DNA of 41,817 nucleotides from an uncultured Phenylobacterium sp. (GCA_945952175.1 CAMFHW010000001.1:1-41817), one strand, 5' to 3'; positions 29,359 through 39,571 are shown, counted from the first letter of the stretch. Made by a program: numbers and translations. The notes: generated by a model not told the origin, from the letters alone.

Positions 29359-29700
29359 ATGCCCTTCGTCGACACCACGCAGATCGAACCCTATGAGCGC
29401 CGGCCCGGCTGGCTGGGCCGCACCTTCTCCTCGCCCAGCATGACCTTCGCCTATTGGCGCTTCTCGGCAGGGTCCTCGATCCACCAGCACCACCACCAGC
29501 AGGAGGAGGTCTGGCACGTGGTCGAGGGCGAACTGCAGGTGACGGTGGGTGGCGAGACGCGGGTCGCCGGACCCGGCATGGCCGCCATCGTGCCGGCCGA
29601 CACCCCGCATTCGGTGGTGGCGCTCAGCGACGGCTTCGCGATCGTCGCGGACTATCCGCTGCGCGACGACGTGGTCGGGGCGCCCGAGGACCGGCTGTAG
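29359..29700 (+). CDS. Cupin-domain protein
   Basis: HHHQQEEVWHVVEG and IVPADTPH cupin motifs; SD GAGGAGG. Confidence 0.88.
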   Translation: MPFVDTTQIEPYERRPGWLGRTFSSPSMTFAYWRFSAGSSIHQHHHQQEEVWHVVEGELQVTVGGETRVAGPGMAAIVPADTPHSVVALSDGFAIVADYPLRDDVVGAPEDRL

Positions 29701-29716
29701 GGGGCTCTCCCTAAAG

Positions 29717-29855
29717 CCGTCATCCTAGGCCTTGTGCCTAGGACCCCTATCTCGGCCCGCACAGCGATGCTCGGAAGAACGGGTCGACAGACGCTTCACC
29801 GCATGACGCAGAGACGCGTCCAGAGGGGTCCTAGGCACAAGGCCTAGGATGACGG
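29717..29855. repeat. CGTC-tagged palindromic repeat with perfect 32-bp inverted arms
   Basis: CCGTCATCCTAGGCCTTGTGCCTAGGACCCCT (29717-29748) and its exact reverse complement (29824-29855). Confidence 0.9.
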
Positions 29856-29876
29856 TCGGGGTGGTGGCGCTCGGGA

Positions 29877-31067
29877 TCAGGCCCGGTCCAGCAGCAGCAC
29901 CTCCAACGGACCCCCGGGATCGACGGCCGGCGCGCCGGGCGGGCGGCGGATCAGGGCGTCGGCGGCGGCGAACACCCCCACCAACGAGGAGTCCTGGTCG
30001 CGATAGGCGTGCGCCACCCAACCATCCTCGCCGGGCGTCAGGCGGGCTCGCATCCAGTGCTCGCGCGGTCCGTTGCCGGGCAGGGCCTCGGCGGCGCGGG
30101 CGCCGGTCATGCGCAGGATGGGCTCGGCGCCCTGATAGGCGGTGATCAGCGGCCGCAGGAAGAGCTCGGCGCAGGCGAAGGCCGAGGCCGGATTGCCGGG
30201 CAGGCCCAGCAGCCGGCGGCCATCGCCCAGCACCCCGAAGAAGGTGGGCTTGCCGGGCCGCATGGCCACGCTCTCCACCCGCAGCGACAGGCCGAGCGAG
30301 GTCGCCGCCGCGCGGACCAGGTCGTGATCGCCGACCGACGCGCCGCCCACCGTGACAATCAGCTCGCCCTGTGCCTCCGCCATGGCGCGGGTCACGGCGT
30401 CCAGGGTGTCGCGCACGCCGCTGAGACGCGTGGCCTCGGCGCCCCAGGCCTCGACCATGGCCTTGATGGCGGGGGAGCCGGAATCGTAGATCTGGAAGGG
30501 GCCGGGCTCGGCCGGGGCGTCGACGATCTCCTCGCCGGTCGACAGGATCGCCACGCGCGGGCGGCGGCGCACCGACAGCTCCGCGCGGCCCGCCGAAGCG
30601 GCGAGCGACAGCCGCCACGGATCGATGCGCATCCCGGCCTTCAGCAGGATGTCGCCGGCCTCGAAGTCGCGACCGGCCTTGCGGATATTGTCGCCCTTGC
30701 CGGCGGCCGGGACGGTGACGCGGTCGGCGTCACGCGTGGCGTTCTCCTGGATCACCACGGTGTCGGCTCCGGCCGGCAGGGCCGCGCCGGTGAAGATGCG
30801 CACCGCCTGGCCCGGCTGGACCTCGGCTTCGTAGCCGTGGCCCGCCGCGCTCTCGCCGACGATCAGCAGGGCGCCCGGCGTGTCGGCCGCGCGCATGGCC
30901 CAGCCGTCCATGGCGGAATTGGTGAAGGGAGGCTGGGCGCGCCGCGCGACGATGTCTTCCGCCAGGACCCGCCCGTTGGCGGCGGCGAGCGGCACGGTCT
31001 CGGCGCCGAGCGCCTGGGCCTCGGCCAGCATGGCCGCGCGGGCCGCCTCGACGGGCATGAGCTTCAT
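29877..31067 (-). CDS. moeA: Molybdopterin molybdotransferase
   Basis: [47 protein letters not shown]. Confidence 0.96.
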   Translation of the reverse strand: MKLMPVEAARAAMLAEAQALGAETVPLAAANGRVLAEDIVARRAQPPFTNSAMDGWAMRAADTPGALLIVGESAAGHGYEAEVQPGQAVRIFTGAALPAGADTVVIQENATRDADRVTVPAAGKGDNIRKAGRDFEAGDILLKAGMRIDPWRLSLAASAGRAELSVRRRPRVAILSTGEEIVDAPAEPGPFQIYDSGSPAIKAMVEAWGAEATRLSGVRDTLDAVTRAMAEAQGELIVTVGGASVGDHDLVRAAATSLGLSLRVESVAMRPGKPTFFGVLGDGRRLLGLPGNPASAFACAELFLRPLITAYQGAEPILRMTGARAAEALPGNGPREHWMRARLTPGEDGWVAHAYRDQDSSLVGVFAAADALIRRPPGAPAVDPGGPLEVLLLDRA

Positions 31068-31534
31068 GTGCGGTTCCAGTCGCCGGACTTGCCGCCGGAC
31101 TTCGCCATCAGGCGGACGGCCTCGATGGTCATGCCCTTATCGGCGGCCTTCAGCATGTCGTAGACGGTGAGGCAGGCCACCGAGACGGCGGTCAGGGCCT
31201 CCATCTCGACGCCCGTCTGGCCGGAAGTCTTGACCCGCGCGGTGACCGCGAGGCCGCCCTCGACGGGCTCGACCCGCACCTCGACCTTGCTCAACGCCAG
31301 GGGATGGCAGAGCGGGATCAGGTCGGAGGTCTTCTTGGCGGCCATGATGCCGGCGATCTCGGCCGTGGCGCGCACGTCGCCCTTCTTGGCGTCGCCGGAC
31401 AGCGCCAGGGCGAGCGTCGCCGCGTCCATGCGCACGAAGCCCTGGGCGACCGCCTCGCGGGCGGTGATCGCCTTGCCGGAGACATCGACCATGTTGGCGC
31501 GGCCGGTCTCGTCGATGTGGGTGAGCTTGCTCAC
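31064..31534 (-). CDS. moaC: Cyclic pyranopterin monophosphate synthase
   Basis: [39 protein letters not shown]; GTG start overlapping moaB stop. Confidence 0.96.
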   Translation of the reverse strand: MSKLTHIDETGRANMVDVSGKAITAREAVAQGFVRMDAATLALALSGDAKKGDVRATAEIAGIMAAKKTSDLIPLCHPLALSKVEVRVEPVEGGLAVTARVKTSGQTGVEMEALTAVSVACLTVYDMLKAADKGMTIEAVRLMAKSGGKSGDWNRT

Positions 31535-32079
31535 TTTTCCAGCAGGCGGGGCATGAGCTCCACCATGTTGCAAGGGCCGTGGCGGCTGTCGAGCTGGGCG
31601 GAGATCACCTTGTCCCAGCCGTCCTTCACCGCCCCGTTCGAGCCCGGCAGGCAGAAGACGAACACGCCCTTGATCAGGCCGGCGGTGGCGCGGCTCTGCA
31701 GGGTCGACAGGCCCACCGACTGGTAGCTGACCAGATGGAAGATCACCGAGAAGCCGTCGATCTTCTTGTCGAACAGCGGCTCGACCGCCTCGGGTGTCAC
31801 GTCACGGCCGGTGATGCCGGTGCCGCCGGTGGTGATGATGGCGTCGATCTCGCCGGAGGCCACCCAGGCGTTCACCTGCTCGCGGATCTGGCCGACGTCG
31901 TCCTTGACGATGCCCTTGGCCGCCAGGACGTGGCCGGCGCCGGTGATCCGCTCGGCCAGCACGTGGCCGGAGGTGTCGCTCTCCTCGTCTCGGGTGTCGG
32001 AGACGGTGAGCACCGCGATGCGGACCGGGACGATGGCCTGCTTCAGGTCGACGTGGCCGCCGGGGGCGAAGGCGTTCAT
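31531..32079 (-). CDS. moaB: Molybdenum cofactor biosynthesis protein B
   Basis: [43 protein letters not shown]. Confidence 0.95.
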   Translation of the reverse strand: MNAFAPGGHVDLKQAIVPVRIAVLTVSDTRDEESDTSGHVLAERITGAGHVLAAKGIVKDDVGQIREQVNAWVASGEIDAIITTGGTGITGRDVTPEAVEPLFDKKIDGFSVIFHLVSYQSVGLSTLQSRATAGLIKGVFVFCLPGSNGAVKDGWDKVISAQLDSRHGPCNMVELMPRLLEK

Positions 32080-32082
32080 GGA

Positions 32083-32526
32083 TCAGGTCTCCCAGCGGGC
32101 GAGGTCGGTGTGGTCCTGGTCGCGCGGTTCGATCCAGCGCGAGCCGTCCGGGCCGGTCTCCTTCTTCCAGAAGGGGGCGCGGCTCTTCAAGTAGTCCATC
32201 AGGAAATCGCAGGCCTCGAAGGCGGCGCGTCGGTGCGAGGCGGCGGTGGCCACGAAGACGATGGTCTCGCCGGGCGCGATCTTGCCCACCCGGTGCAGGA
32301 TCATCAGGTCCTGCAGGCCGAAGCGCTCGGTCGCGGCCGCGGCGTGCTCGGCGATGCGGGCCTCGGTGAAGCCGGGATAGGCCTCGAGCTCCAGGGTGGT
32401 GGTGGCGCCGGCCTCGGCGCGGGCCAAGCCCGTGAAGGTCGCCACCGCGCCGGTCTCGGTGCGGCCTGCGCAGAAGTCGGTCAGCAGGGCGCCGGGATCG
32501 AAGGCCTGGTCGGTGAGGCGGATCAT
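32083..32526 (-). CDS. moaE: Molybdopterin synthase catalytic subunit
   Basis: GAVATFTG, LEAYPG, HRVG, HRRAAF, LKSRAPFWKKE. Confidence 0.96.
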   Translation of the reverse strand: MIRLTDQAFDPGALLTDFCAGRTETGAVATFTGLARAEAGATTTLELEAYPGFTEARIAEHAAAATERFGLQDLMILHRVGKIAPGETIVFVATAASHRRAAFEACDFLMDYLKSRAPFWKKETGPDGSRWIEPRDQDHTDLARWET

Positions 32527-32762
32527 CCGCCGCTCATCGGAGGCAGGAAGGCGACCTCGGAGCCGGCTGAAAGCGCCGCGTCGCCGCGCACGATGGCCTG
32601 GTCCAGGGCGACCTGGACGCCGGGGGAGGCCAGGGCCTCGCCGAGCGCCTCGTCCTCCTCGGCCAGGCGGGCGCGCAGGTGGGCGATGCTGGGGCTTTCA
32701 AGCTCGCGCTCGCGCCAGCCGGCGACGTCGCCCAGGCGGCCGAACAGCAGGACGCGGGCCAC
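32523..32762 (-). CDS. moaD: Molybdopterin synthase sulfur carrier subunit
   Basis: 79 aa ubiquitin-like protein ending EVAFLPPMSGG. Confidence 0.95.
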   Translation of the reverse strand: MARVLLFGRLGDVAGWRERELESPSIAHLRARLAEEDEALGEALASPGVQVALDQAIVRGDAALSAGSEVAFLPPMSGG

Positions 32763-32765
32763 GGC

Positions 32766-33794
32766 TCAGCCCCCCGTGGTCGACATGTGGCGCGAGACAG
32801 AGGGCGCCGCGCCGCGTCGGATCTGGAAGTCGTGGCCCTTGGGCTTGGCGTCGACCGCCAGGCGGATGGCGTCGGCCAGCTCGGCGTCGGTGGCGCCCGC
32901 CCGGATCACCGCGCGCAGGTCGCTGGCGTCCTCGCGGCCCAGGCAGGTGTGCAGGGTCCCGGTGCAGGTCAGCCGCACCCGGTTGCAGGCCTCGCAGAAA
33001 TTGTGGCTGAGCGGGGTGATGAAGCCCAGGCGGCCGCCGGTCTCGGCGACGCTGACATAGCGGGCCGGGCCGCCGGTGGCATGGTCGCTGTCGGTCAGGG
33101 TCCAGAAGCTTTCCAGCTCGCGGCGAACCTCCTTCAACGACAGGAACTCGTCCGTGCGGTCGACATCGACCTCGCCCATCGGCATGGCTTCGATCAGGGT
33201 CATGTCGCAGCCGCGCGCATGGGCCCAGGCGACGAGCTCGGGCAGCTCGGCGGCGTTGCTGTCGGCCAGCGCCACGGCGTTGATCTTGACCGCGATGCCG
33301 GCGGCGCGGGCCGCGTCGATCCCGGCGATCACCTTGGCGAGGTCGCCGCCGCGGGTCAGCTTGCGGAACAGGTCCGGCTTCAGGGTGTCCATCGACACGT
33401 TGATCCGGCGCACGCCGAGGTCGGCGAGCTGGTCGGCGAATTCGGCGAGGCGCGTGCCGTTGGTGGTGAGGGTGAGCTCGTCCAGCGCGCCGGTCTTCAG
33501 GTGGCGCGACAGGCCCAGCACCAGCTCCATGAAGCCCTTGCGCACCAGGGGTTCGCCGCCGGTGAGCCGCAGCTTGCGCACCCCCAGGCCCACGAAGGCC
33601 GAGGCGATGCGGTCGAGCTCCTCCAGGGTCAGCACCTGCGCCTTCGGCAGGAAGGTCATGTGCTCGGCCATGCAATAGACGCAGCGCAGGTCGCAGCGGT
33701 CGGTCACCGAGACCCGCAGATAGGTCACGGCCCGGCCGAACCCGTCCACCAGGGCGGGACGCGCTTGCGCGGGGGCGTCGTCATAGGGCGTCAT
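32766..33794 (-). CDS. moaA: GTP 3',8-cyclase (radical SAM)
   Basis: [35 protein letters not shown]...C, C-terminal MSTTGG. Confidence 0.98.
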   Translation of the reverse strand: MTPYDDAPAQARPALVDGFGRAVTYLRVSVTDRCDLRCVYCMAEHMTFLPKAQVLTLEELDRIASAFVGLGVRKLRLTGGEPLVRKGFMELVLGLSRHLKTGALDELTLTTNGTRLAEFADQLADLGVRRINVSMDTLKPDLFRKLTRGGDLAKVIAGIDAARAAGIAVKINAVALADSNAAELPELVAWAHARGCDMTLIEAMPMGEVDVDRTDEFLSLKEVRRELESFWTLTDSDHATGGPARYVSVAETGGRLGFITPLSHNFCEACNRVRLTCTGTLHTCLGREDASDLRAVIRAGATDAELADAIRLAVDAKPKGHDFQIRRGAAPSVSRHMSTTGG

Positions 33795-33826
33795 GCAGCC
33801 CTCAACATAGAGAGGAAGCGGCCAAG

Positions 33827-34432
33827 GTGACAGGGGCGCCCCACTTCGAAGCCATCATCCTGGCGGCCGGGACGGGCAGCCGCTTCGGCGGCGGGAAGCT
33901 GCTCGCGCCCTATGCGGGCGGGGTTTTGCTGGACGGCGCACTGGCCGCGGCCCTGGCGGCGCCCGTGCGGTCCGTGACCCTGGTGACCGGCGCGGACGCC
34001 GAGGCGGTGGGCGCCGCGGCGCGGGCCTTCGCGGAGGGCCAGGGGCAGGGGGAACGGCTGCGGATCGTGCATGCGGCGGACTATTCGGAAGGCATGGGCG
34101 CGTCGTTACGCACGGCGGCGGCGGCTCTGCCGGCCGACGCGTCGGGGGTGTTCGTATTCCTGGGCGACATGCCGCGCGTTCCGATGGCGGTCTTCGCAGG
34201 CCTGGCCGAGGCCGTCAGCGGCGGCGCGCCGGCGGCGGCCCCTGTGTTCCAGGGCCAGCGCGGGCATCCGGCGCTGATCGGGGCCGGCCTGCTGCCGGGC
34301 CTGCTGACGCTCACGGGCGACGCGGGCGCGCGGGCGATCCTCAAGGACCTCGGCCCCGCGCTCGCCCTGGTCGAGGCGCCCGACACGGGCGTGCTGTTCG
34401 ACGTCGACGAGCGCAAGGACCTTCCGACCTAG
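33827..34432 (+). CDS. mocA: Molybdenum cofactor cytidylyltransferase (MocA-like NTP transferase)
   Basis: [43 protein letters not shown]; next to a xanthine-oxidase-family enzyme. Confidence 0.85.
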   Translation: MTGAPHFEAIILAAGTGSRFGGGKLLAPYAGGVLLDGALAAALAAPVRSVTLVTGADAEAVGAAARAFAEGQGQGERLRIVHAADYSEGMGASLRTAAAALPADASGVFVFLGDMPRVPMAVFAGLAEAVSGGAPAAAPVFQGQRGHPALIGAGLLPGLLTLTGDAGARAILKDLGPALALVEAPDTGVLFDVDERKDLPT

Positions 34433-36618
34433 GCCTTCACGAACGGCAGGCTCTTGGTCGCCTGGCCGTTCATGGCCAGGATCGCATTGGCCACCGCAGG
34501 CGCGATCACGGGCGTGCCGGGCTCCCCCACGCCCGAGGGCGCGTTGCCGGAGGGGACGATGTAGGTCTCGACGGTCGGGGCCTCGGAATTGCGCAGCACC
34601 CGGTAGGTGTCGAAATTGGTCTGCTCGACCGCCCCGTCCTTCAGGGTGACCTTGCCGAACAGGGCCGCCGAGAGGCCGTAGCAGGTGCCGCCCTCGACCT
34701 GAGCCGCGACCTGGTCCTTGGCGATGGCGGTCCCGCAGTCGATGGCGGTGACCACACGGCCGACCTTCGGCGTCCCGTCGACCAGCTTGACCTCGGCGAC
34801 CTGGGCCACGACCGAGCCGAAGCTCTCGTGCACCGCCACGCCGCGGGTCCAGCCGGCGGGGGCCGGCGAGGTCCAGCCGGCCTTGTCGGCGGCGAGCTGC
34901 AGGGCGGCGGCGTGCCGGTCGGCGCCGGCCCGCTTGTACATCTCCAGGCGATAGGCCACCGGGTCCTTGCCGGCCTTCTTGGCCAGCTGGTCGATGGTGT
35001 GCTCCATCACGAAGGCGGTGTGGGTCGCGCCCACCGAGCGCCACCACAGGACCGGCGCCCCGACATCGGTCAGCATGAGCTGGCCGTCGACATTGGGCGT
35101 GGCCTTCAGATAGGGCGATCCCTTGGCGCCTTCGACCGCCGTCTCGTCGATGCCCTTCGACGGCATGGGCGAGCCCTTCATGATCGACTGGGTGACCACC
35201 TTGTGGGTCCAGGCGGTCGGATAGCCGTCCTTGTCGGTGACGATCTTCAGCCGGTGGTGGACCATCGGGCGGAAATAGCCCGCGGTCATGTCGTCCTCGC
35301 GGGTCCAGACCAGCTTCACCGGCCGGTCCTTGCCGACCTTCTTGGCGATCTGCACGCACTCGGCGACATAGTCGGATTGGAAGTTGGCGCGCCGGCCGAA
35401 CGAGCCGCCGGCGAACAGGGTCTCGATCTCCACCGCGCCGGGCAGCATGCCGACGATCTTGGCGGTGTTGAGCTGGTCCACCGTCGGGATCTGCGAGCCG
35501 AAGGTCAGCCTGGCCTTGCCGCCCGAGACCTGGGCCACGCAGTTCATCGGCTCCATGGTGGCGTGGGCGAGATAGGGGAAGTCGTAGGTCGCCTCGAAGA
35601 CCTGGCCGGAGCCCGCCTTGGCCAAATCGCCCTTGGCCTCGAAGCTCTCCCACTTGGCCTTTTCAGGCAGGGGCCCCTTGCCGGCGGCCCAGTCGGCATA
35701 GTCGGCGGCCAGCTTGTCGGTGCCGCGCTTCTCGGCGTTGTCCTCGTTCCAGGTGACCTTCAGCGCCTCGCGGCCCTTCTTGGCGGCATAGGTGTTGTCG
35801 GCCACCACGGCGACGCCGGTGGGGATCTGGTAGACCTCGACCACGCCCTTGACCTTCTTGGCCTCGGTGGCGTCGAAGCTCGCCACAGTCGCGCCGAAGC
35901 GCGGGGCGTGGGCGACCATGGCGACCAGCATGTTCGGCATGTGGACGTCCTGGGTGAACTTCGCCGTCCCCGTGGACTTGGCCAGCGAGTCCTTGCGCTT
36001 GACCCGGTCGGACCCGATCAGGGTGAAGGCCTTGGGATCCTTCAGCGTCGGGGTCTTGGGCGGCGTCACCTTGGCGGCGTCGGGTAGCAGCTCGGCGAAG
36101 GTGGCGGTCTTGCCGGACTTGGCGTGGCTGACCACGCTGTCCTTCACCGTGATCTCGCCAGCCGGGGCGCTCCACTTGTTGGCGGCGGCCTCGACGAACA
36201 TGGCCCGGGCCGCAGCCCCGGCGTTGCGCAGCTGCATCCAGCTGTTGGAGATGGCCGACGAGCCGCCGGTGCCCTGCACGCCCATGCCGAGATTGGCGTA
36301 GACCTTGGCGATGGCGGGCGCCTGCTCGACCTTCACGCGGTCCCAGTCGGCGTCCAGCTCCTCGGCCAGGATGGCGGCGAGGCCGGCATGGTTGCCCTGG
36401 CCGAATTCGATGTGCTTGGAGATCACGGTCACCGCGCCGTCCGGCGCGATCTTCACGAAGGGCCCGAAGGCGCCGAAGTCCTCCTTGGCGCCGATCGAGA
36501 GCAGGTCGCCAGGCGAGCAGCCGACCAGCAGGGCGCCGCCGACCACGGTGGCGCCGATCATCAGTTCGCGGCGGCTGGTCCCGGCCTTCAGGGCCTGCGG
36601 ATTCACGGGAGCGTTCAT
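34429..36618 (-). CDS. IorB-type xanthine dehydrogenase-family molybdopterin-binding subunit, Tat-exported
   Basis: SRRELMIG twin-arginine signal, EFGQG, TGGS, AHATMEP, GGSFGRR, WWRSVG, GVGEPG; ATG 36618 with GAGG SD. Confidence 0.92.
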   Translation of the reverse strand: MNAPVNPQALKAGTSRRELMIGATVVGGALLVGCSPGDLLSIGAKEDFGAFGPFVKIAPDGAVTVISKHIEFGQGNHAGLAAILAEELDADWDRVKVEQAPAIAKVYANLGMGVQGTGGSSAISNSWMQLRNAGAAARAMFVEAAANKWSAPAGEITVKDSVVSHAKSGKTATFAELLPDAAKVTPPKTPTLKDPKAFTLIGSDRVKRKDSLAKSTGTAKFTQDVHMPNMLVAMVAHAPRFGATVASFDATEAKKVKGVVEVYQIPTGVAVVADNTYAAKKGREALKVTWNEDNAEKRGTDKLAADYADWAAGKGPLPEKAKWESFEAKGDLAKAGSGQVFEATYDFPYLAHATMEPMNCVAQVSGGKARLTFGSQIPTVDQLNTAKIVGMLPGAVEIETLFAGGSFGRRANFQSDYVAECVQIAKKVGKDRPVKLVWTREDDMTAGYFRPMVHHRLKIVTDKDGYPTAWTHKVVTQSIMKGSPMPSKGIDETAVEGAKGSPYLKATPNVDGQLMLTDVGAPVLWWRSVGATHTAFVMEHTIDQLAKKAGKDPVAYRLEMYKRAGADRHAAALQLAADKAGWTSPAPAGWTRGVAVHESFGSVVAQVAEVKLVDGTPKVGRVVTAIDCGTAIAKDQVAAQVEGGTCYGLSAALFGKVTLKDGAVEQTNFDTYRVLRNSEAPTVETYIVPSGNAPSGVGEPGTPVIAPAVANAILAMNGQATKSLPFVKA

Positions 36619-36632
36619 CGTGCGGTCCTCCC

Positions 36633-37106
36633 TCAGGCGGCGGTCGACGCGGGCGCGGCGGGCATGGTCGCGGCGTCCTTGATGGCGGCGCGGATGCGCT
36701 GATAGGTCCCGCAGCGACAGATGTTGCCGTCCATGGCCGCGTCGATGTCGGCGTCGCTCGGGTGTGGATTGTGAGCCAGCAAGGCGGCGGCGCTCATCAG
36801 CTGGCCCGACTGGCAATAGCCGCACTGAGGAACGTCATGCTTCACCCAGGCCTGCTGCAGCGGATGGCTCCCGCCCAGGCTCTCGACGGTGGCGATCTTC
36901 ATGCCCACCGCGGCCGAGACCGGAACGGAGCAGGAGCGGACCGGCGAGCCGTCGGCCAGCACGGTGCAGGCGCCGCACTGGGCGATGCCGCAGCCGAACT
37001 TGGGGCCGGTCAGGCCGACCTCGTCGCGCAACACCCACAGCAGGGGCGTGTCCGGATCGGCGTTCACGCTCACCTGTTTGCCGTTGACGTCCAGCATGGT
37101 GGCCAT
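36633..37106 (-). CDS. IorA-type 2x[2Fe-2S] small subunit
   Basis: [12 protein letters not shown]...[19 protein letters not shown]. Confidence 0.95.
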   Translation of the reverse strand: MATMLDVNGKQVSVNADPDTPLLWVLRDEVGLTGPKFGCGIAQCGACTVLADGSPVRSCSVPVSAAVGMKIATVESLGGSHPLQQAWVKHDVPQCGYCQSGQLMSAAALLAHNPHPSDADIDAAMDGNICRCGTYQRIRAAIKDAATMPAAPASTAA

Positions 37107-37260
37107 GGGATGAGATCCTCCCGCAATGAGTGATTTGGCGCGATCTTAACAGCGCTTGGAATAAACGGAAGCCATCCTCCGCTTTTTGCGACGCGCAGCG
37201 GCTTTTCACCAGACCCCATGCGGCCTTAGGGTCGCCGCGACCGATTTGAGGAGGTCCGCC

Positions 37261-37611
37261 ATGATCCGCACCGCACTCGCCCTCGCCGCCGCCCTGTCGC
37301 TGGGCGCCGGCCTCGCCCACGCCGCCGACGGAGCCAAGATCTTTCAGCTCCAGTGCAAGACCTGCCACCAGGCCAAGAGCACTCCGATGGGCCCGAGCCT
37401 CGCCGGGGTGGCCGGGCGTAAGATCGCCGGCCTGACCGACTTCACCTATTCGGCCGGTCTCAAGGCCAAGGCCGGGACCTGGACCGACGCCAATCTCGAC
37501 GCCTTCCTGGCCGGTCCGGCCAAGTTCGCGGCTGGGACCAAGATGCCGGCCTCGGTCGCCGCCGCGGCGGACCGCACGGCGGTGGTCGCCTATCTGAAGA
37601 CCCTGAAATAG
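37261..37611 (+). CDS. Periplasmic class I cytochrome c (c2-like)
   Basis: Signal peptide ending AHA, CKTCH heme motif, GPSL, GTKM axial Met; ATG 37261 with GAGGAGG SD. Confidence 0.93.
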   Translation: MIRTALALAAALSLGAGLAHAADGAKIFQLQCKTCHQAKSTPMGPSLAGVAGRKIAGLTDFTYSAGLKAKAGTWTDANLDAFLAGPAKFAAGTKMPASVAAAADRTAVVAYLKTLK

Positions 37612-37619
37612 CCGCCCCG

Positions 37620-38498
37620 TTGGACGCGTTTCCCGCCTATTTCCCACTGGCCGGCCAGACCGTCGTGATCGCCGGCTCCGGCGAGGCCGCGGAGGCCAAG
37701 CTGCGGCTGTTCGAGGGCTCGCCGGCCCGCATCGTTCGTCTGGAGGGCGACGCGGCCCTGCGGTCTGACGCCTATGCCGGGGCCCGGCTGGCCTTCATCG
37801 CCGACGCCGACCGCGCCTTCGCCGAGGCCGCCAGCGCGGCGGCGCGGGTCGCCGGCGTCCTGGTCAATGTCGCCGACCGGCCCGACCTCTGCGACTTCAC
37901 CACGCCTGCGGTGATCGACCGGGGCGAGGTGGTGGCCGCCATCGGCACCGGCGGCGCCTCGCCCATGCTGGCGACCCTGCTGCGCAACGACATCGAACAG
38001 CGGGTGCCGGAGGGCGCGGGCCGCGTCGCGGCCCTGTTCCGCCGCTTCCAGGACGAGGTGCGCGCGCGCTTCCCAGACCTTCCTGCGCGGCGCGCCTTCC
38101 TGCGCGATGCGCTGTCGGGCCCGGCCGCCCAGGCGGCGCTGCAGGGGAACATGGACGAGGCCGAGGCCCTGTTCCGCGACGCCGTCGCCCGCGGCCAGGC
38201 GGCCCTGGGCCGGGTGCAGCTGGTGGCTGGCGAAGGGCCCGCGGACCTGCTCAGCCTGCGCGCCAGCCGGGCGCTCGCCGCCGCCGACGTTCTGATCGTC
38301 GACGAAGGCTGCGACCCGGCGGTCCTCAGCATGGCGCGGCGCGACGCCGAGCGCGTCTCCGATCGCGACCGCGCCGCTGCGCTGGCGCGGGGCGGTCTGC
38401 GGGTTGTGCGGGTGACGATCGGGCCGCCCGAGGCCGAGGCGGCGCGCCTGTCGACCGAGGGCGTCAGGGTGGAGTTGCTGGCCGCCGCTCCGGAATAA
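37620..38498 (+). CDS. cysG: Siroheme synthase dehydrogenase/ferrochelatase module with truncated methyltransferase remnant
   Basis: FPAYFPL, AGSGEAAEAK, VNVADRPDLCDFTTPAVIDRG, IGTGGASPMLA; C-terminal remnant GRVQLVAGEGPADLLSLRA; TTG start. Confidence 0.8.
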   Translation: MDAFPAYFPLAGQTVVIAGSGEAAEAKLRLFEGSPARIVRLEGDAALRSDAYAGARLAFIADADRAFAEAASAAARVAGVLVNVADRPDLCDFTTPAVIDRGEVVAAIGTGGASPMLATLLRNDIEQRVPEGAGRVAALFRRFQDEVRARFPDLPARRAFLRDALSGPAAQAALQGNMDEAEALFRDAVARGQAALGRVQLVAGEGPADLLSLRASRALAAADVLIVDEGCDPAVLSMARRDAERVSDRDRAAALARGGLRVVRVTIGPPEAEAARLSTEGVRVELLAAAPE

Positions 38499-38541
38499 TT
38501 ATACCCGGATAATATTGACTTCGGATTTCATCCGGGTAAAT
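38499..38541 (+). promoter_or_regulatory. Sigma70-type promoter bracketed by inverted operator-like sites
   Basis: TACCCGGAT (38502-38510) and ATCCGGGTA (38530-38538) flank TTGACT (38515-38520); TAAATG 16 nt downstream of it. Confidence 0.6.
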
Positions 38542-38564
38542 GGGCGGCTCGAAGGAGCCATCCC

Positions 38565-39563
38565 ATGTCCATCGCCCAATCCCCCGCGGTGCGAACCGCG
38601 CTGATCAAGAGCTTCGGCACTGCCGAGGCCGAGGCCTGTGTGGCCGTCGACGGCGGCCTGTCCGGGGCGGGGGTCTATCGGATCCGGGTGGGCGGCATTC
38701 CCTACCTGCTGAAGGTCGAGACCCAGCGCGATGCGCTGAACGATCCGGCGCGCTGGTATCCCGCCATGCGCGCGGCGGCCGAGGCCGCGCTCGCGCCACG
38801 CGTGGTCTATGCCTGCGCCGAGGATGGCGTGGCGATCATGGACTACCTGCCCACCCGGTCCCTGCACGAGGACTATGCGGGAACGCGTGAGGATATGCTG
38901 GTCGAGCTCGCCCAGGCGGTGCGCCTGCTGCACGAGACCCCGGCCTTCCCGCCGCTGATCGACTATCTGGACGGCGTGGCCGAGATGTTCGACCGGTTCG
39001 CCGGGCTAGGCTTCGTCCCGGCGGCGGCGCTCGCACCCTATCGCCAGGCCTTCGACGAGGTGGCGGCCGTCTATCGCCGCCTGCCGCCGGAGCTGGTCTC
39101 CAGCCACAACGACCTCAATCCGCGCAACGTGCTCTATGACGGGCGCAGGCTGTGGCTGGTGGACTGGCAGGCCGCCTTCCTGGCCGACCGCTATTTCGAC
39201 CTGGCCGCCGTCGCCAACTTCTTCACCCGCGAGGAGGCCGAGGCGGACCTGCTGGCGCGCACCTATTTCCGGGAGGCGCCCGGCGCGGCGCGATCTGCGC
39301 GGTTCTACCTGGCCAGGCAGATCAACCACGTCTTCTACGGCCTGGTGTTTCTGAACCTCGGCGCCACCGCACGGCCGGACGCGCGGATGGAGACCCTGGA
39401 GGGGCCTGGCCTCGGTGAGCTGCACCGTCGTCTCGGCGAGGGCGAAGGGGTGATGGAGAGCTGGGACGGCCGCACGGCTTATGGCGTGGCCCGGCTGAAC
39501 GCCGCCCTCGCCGGTGTCCGCGACCGCGCCTTTCGCGCTGCGCTGGCGGCGCTGGATCTTTGA
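38565..39563 (+). CDS. APH/choline kinase-family phosphotransferase
   Basis: GGLSGAGVY, YLLK, HNDLNPRN catalytic loop, LVDWQ, DRYFDLA; SD AAGGAG. Confidence 0.9.
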   Translation: MSIAQSPAVRTALIKSFGTAEAEACVAVDGGLSGAGVYRIRVGGIPYLLKVETQRDALNDPARWYPAMRAAAEAALAPRVVYACAEDGVAIMDYLPTRSLHEDYAGTREDMLVELAQAVRLLHETPAFPPLIDYLDGVAEMFDRFAGLGFVPAAALAPYRQAFDEVAAVYRRLPPELVSSHNDLNPRNVLYDGRRLWLVDWQAAFLADRYFDLAAVANFFTREEAEADLLARTYFREAPGAARSARFYLARQINHVFYGLVFLNLGATARPDARMETLEGPGLGELHRRLGEGEGVMESWDGRTAYGVARLNAALAGVRDRAFRAALAALDL

Positions 39564-39571
39564 AGGTTGTC

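Noticed and set aside
37130-37205. Sigma54 or RegA-like motifs between iorA and the cytochrome c gene
   Set aside because: Only partial matches to short GC-rich consensus sequences
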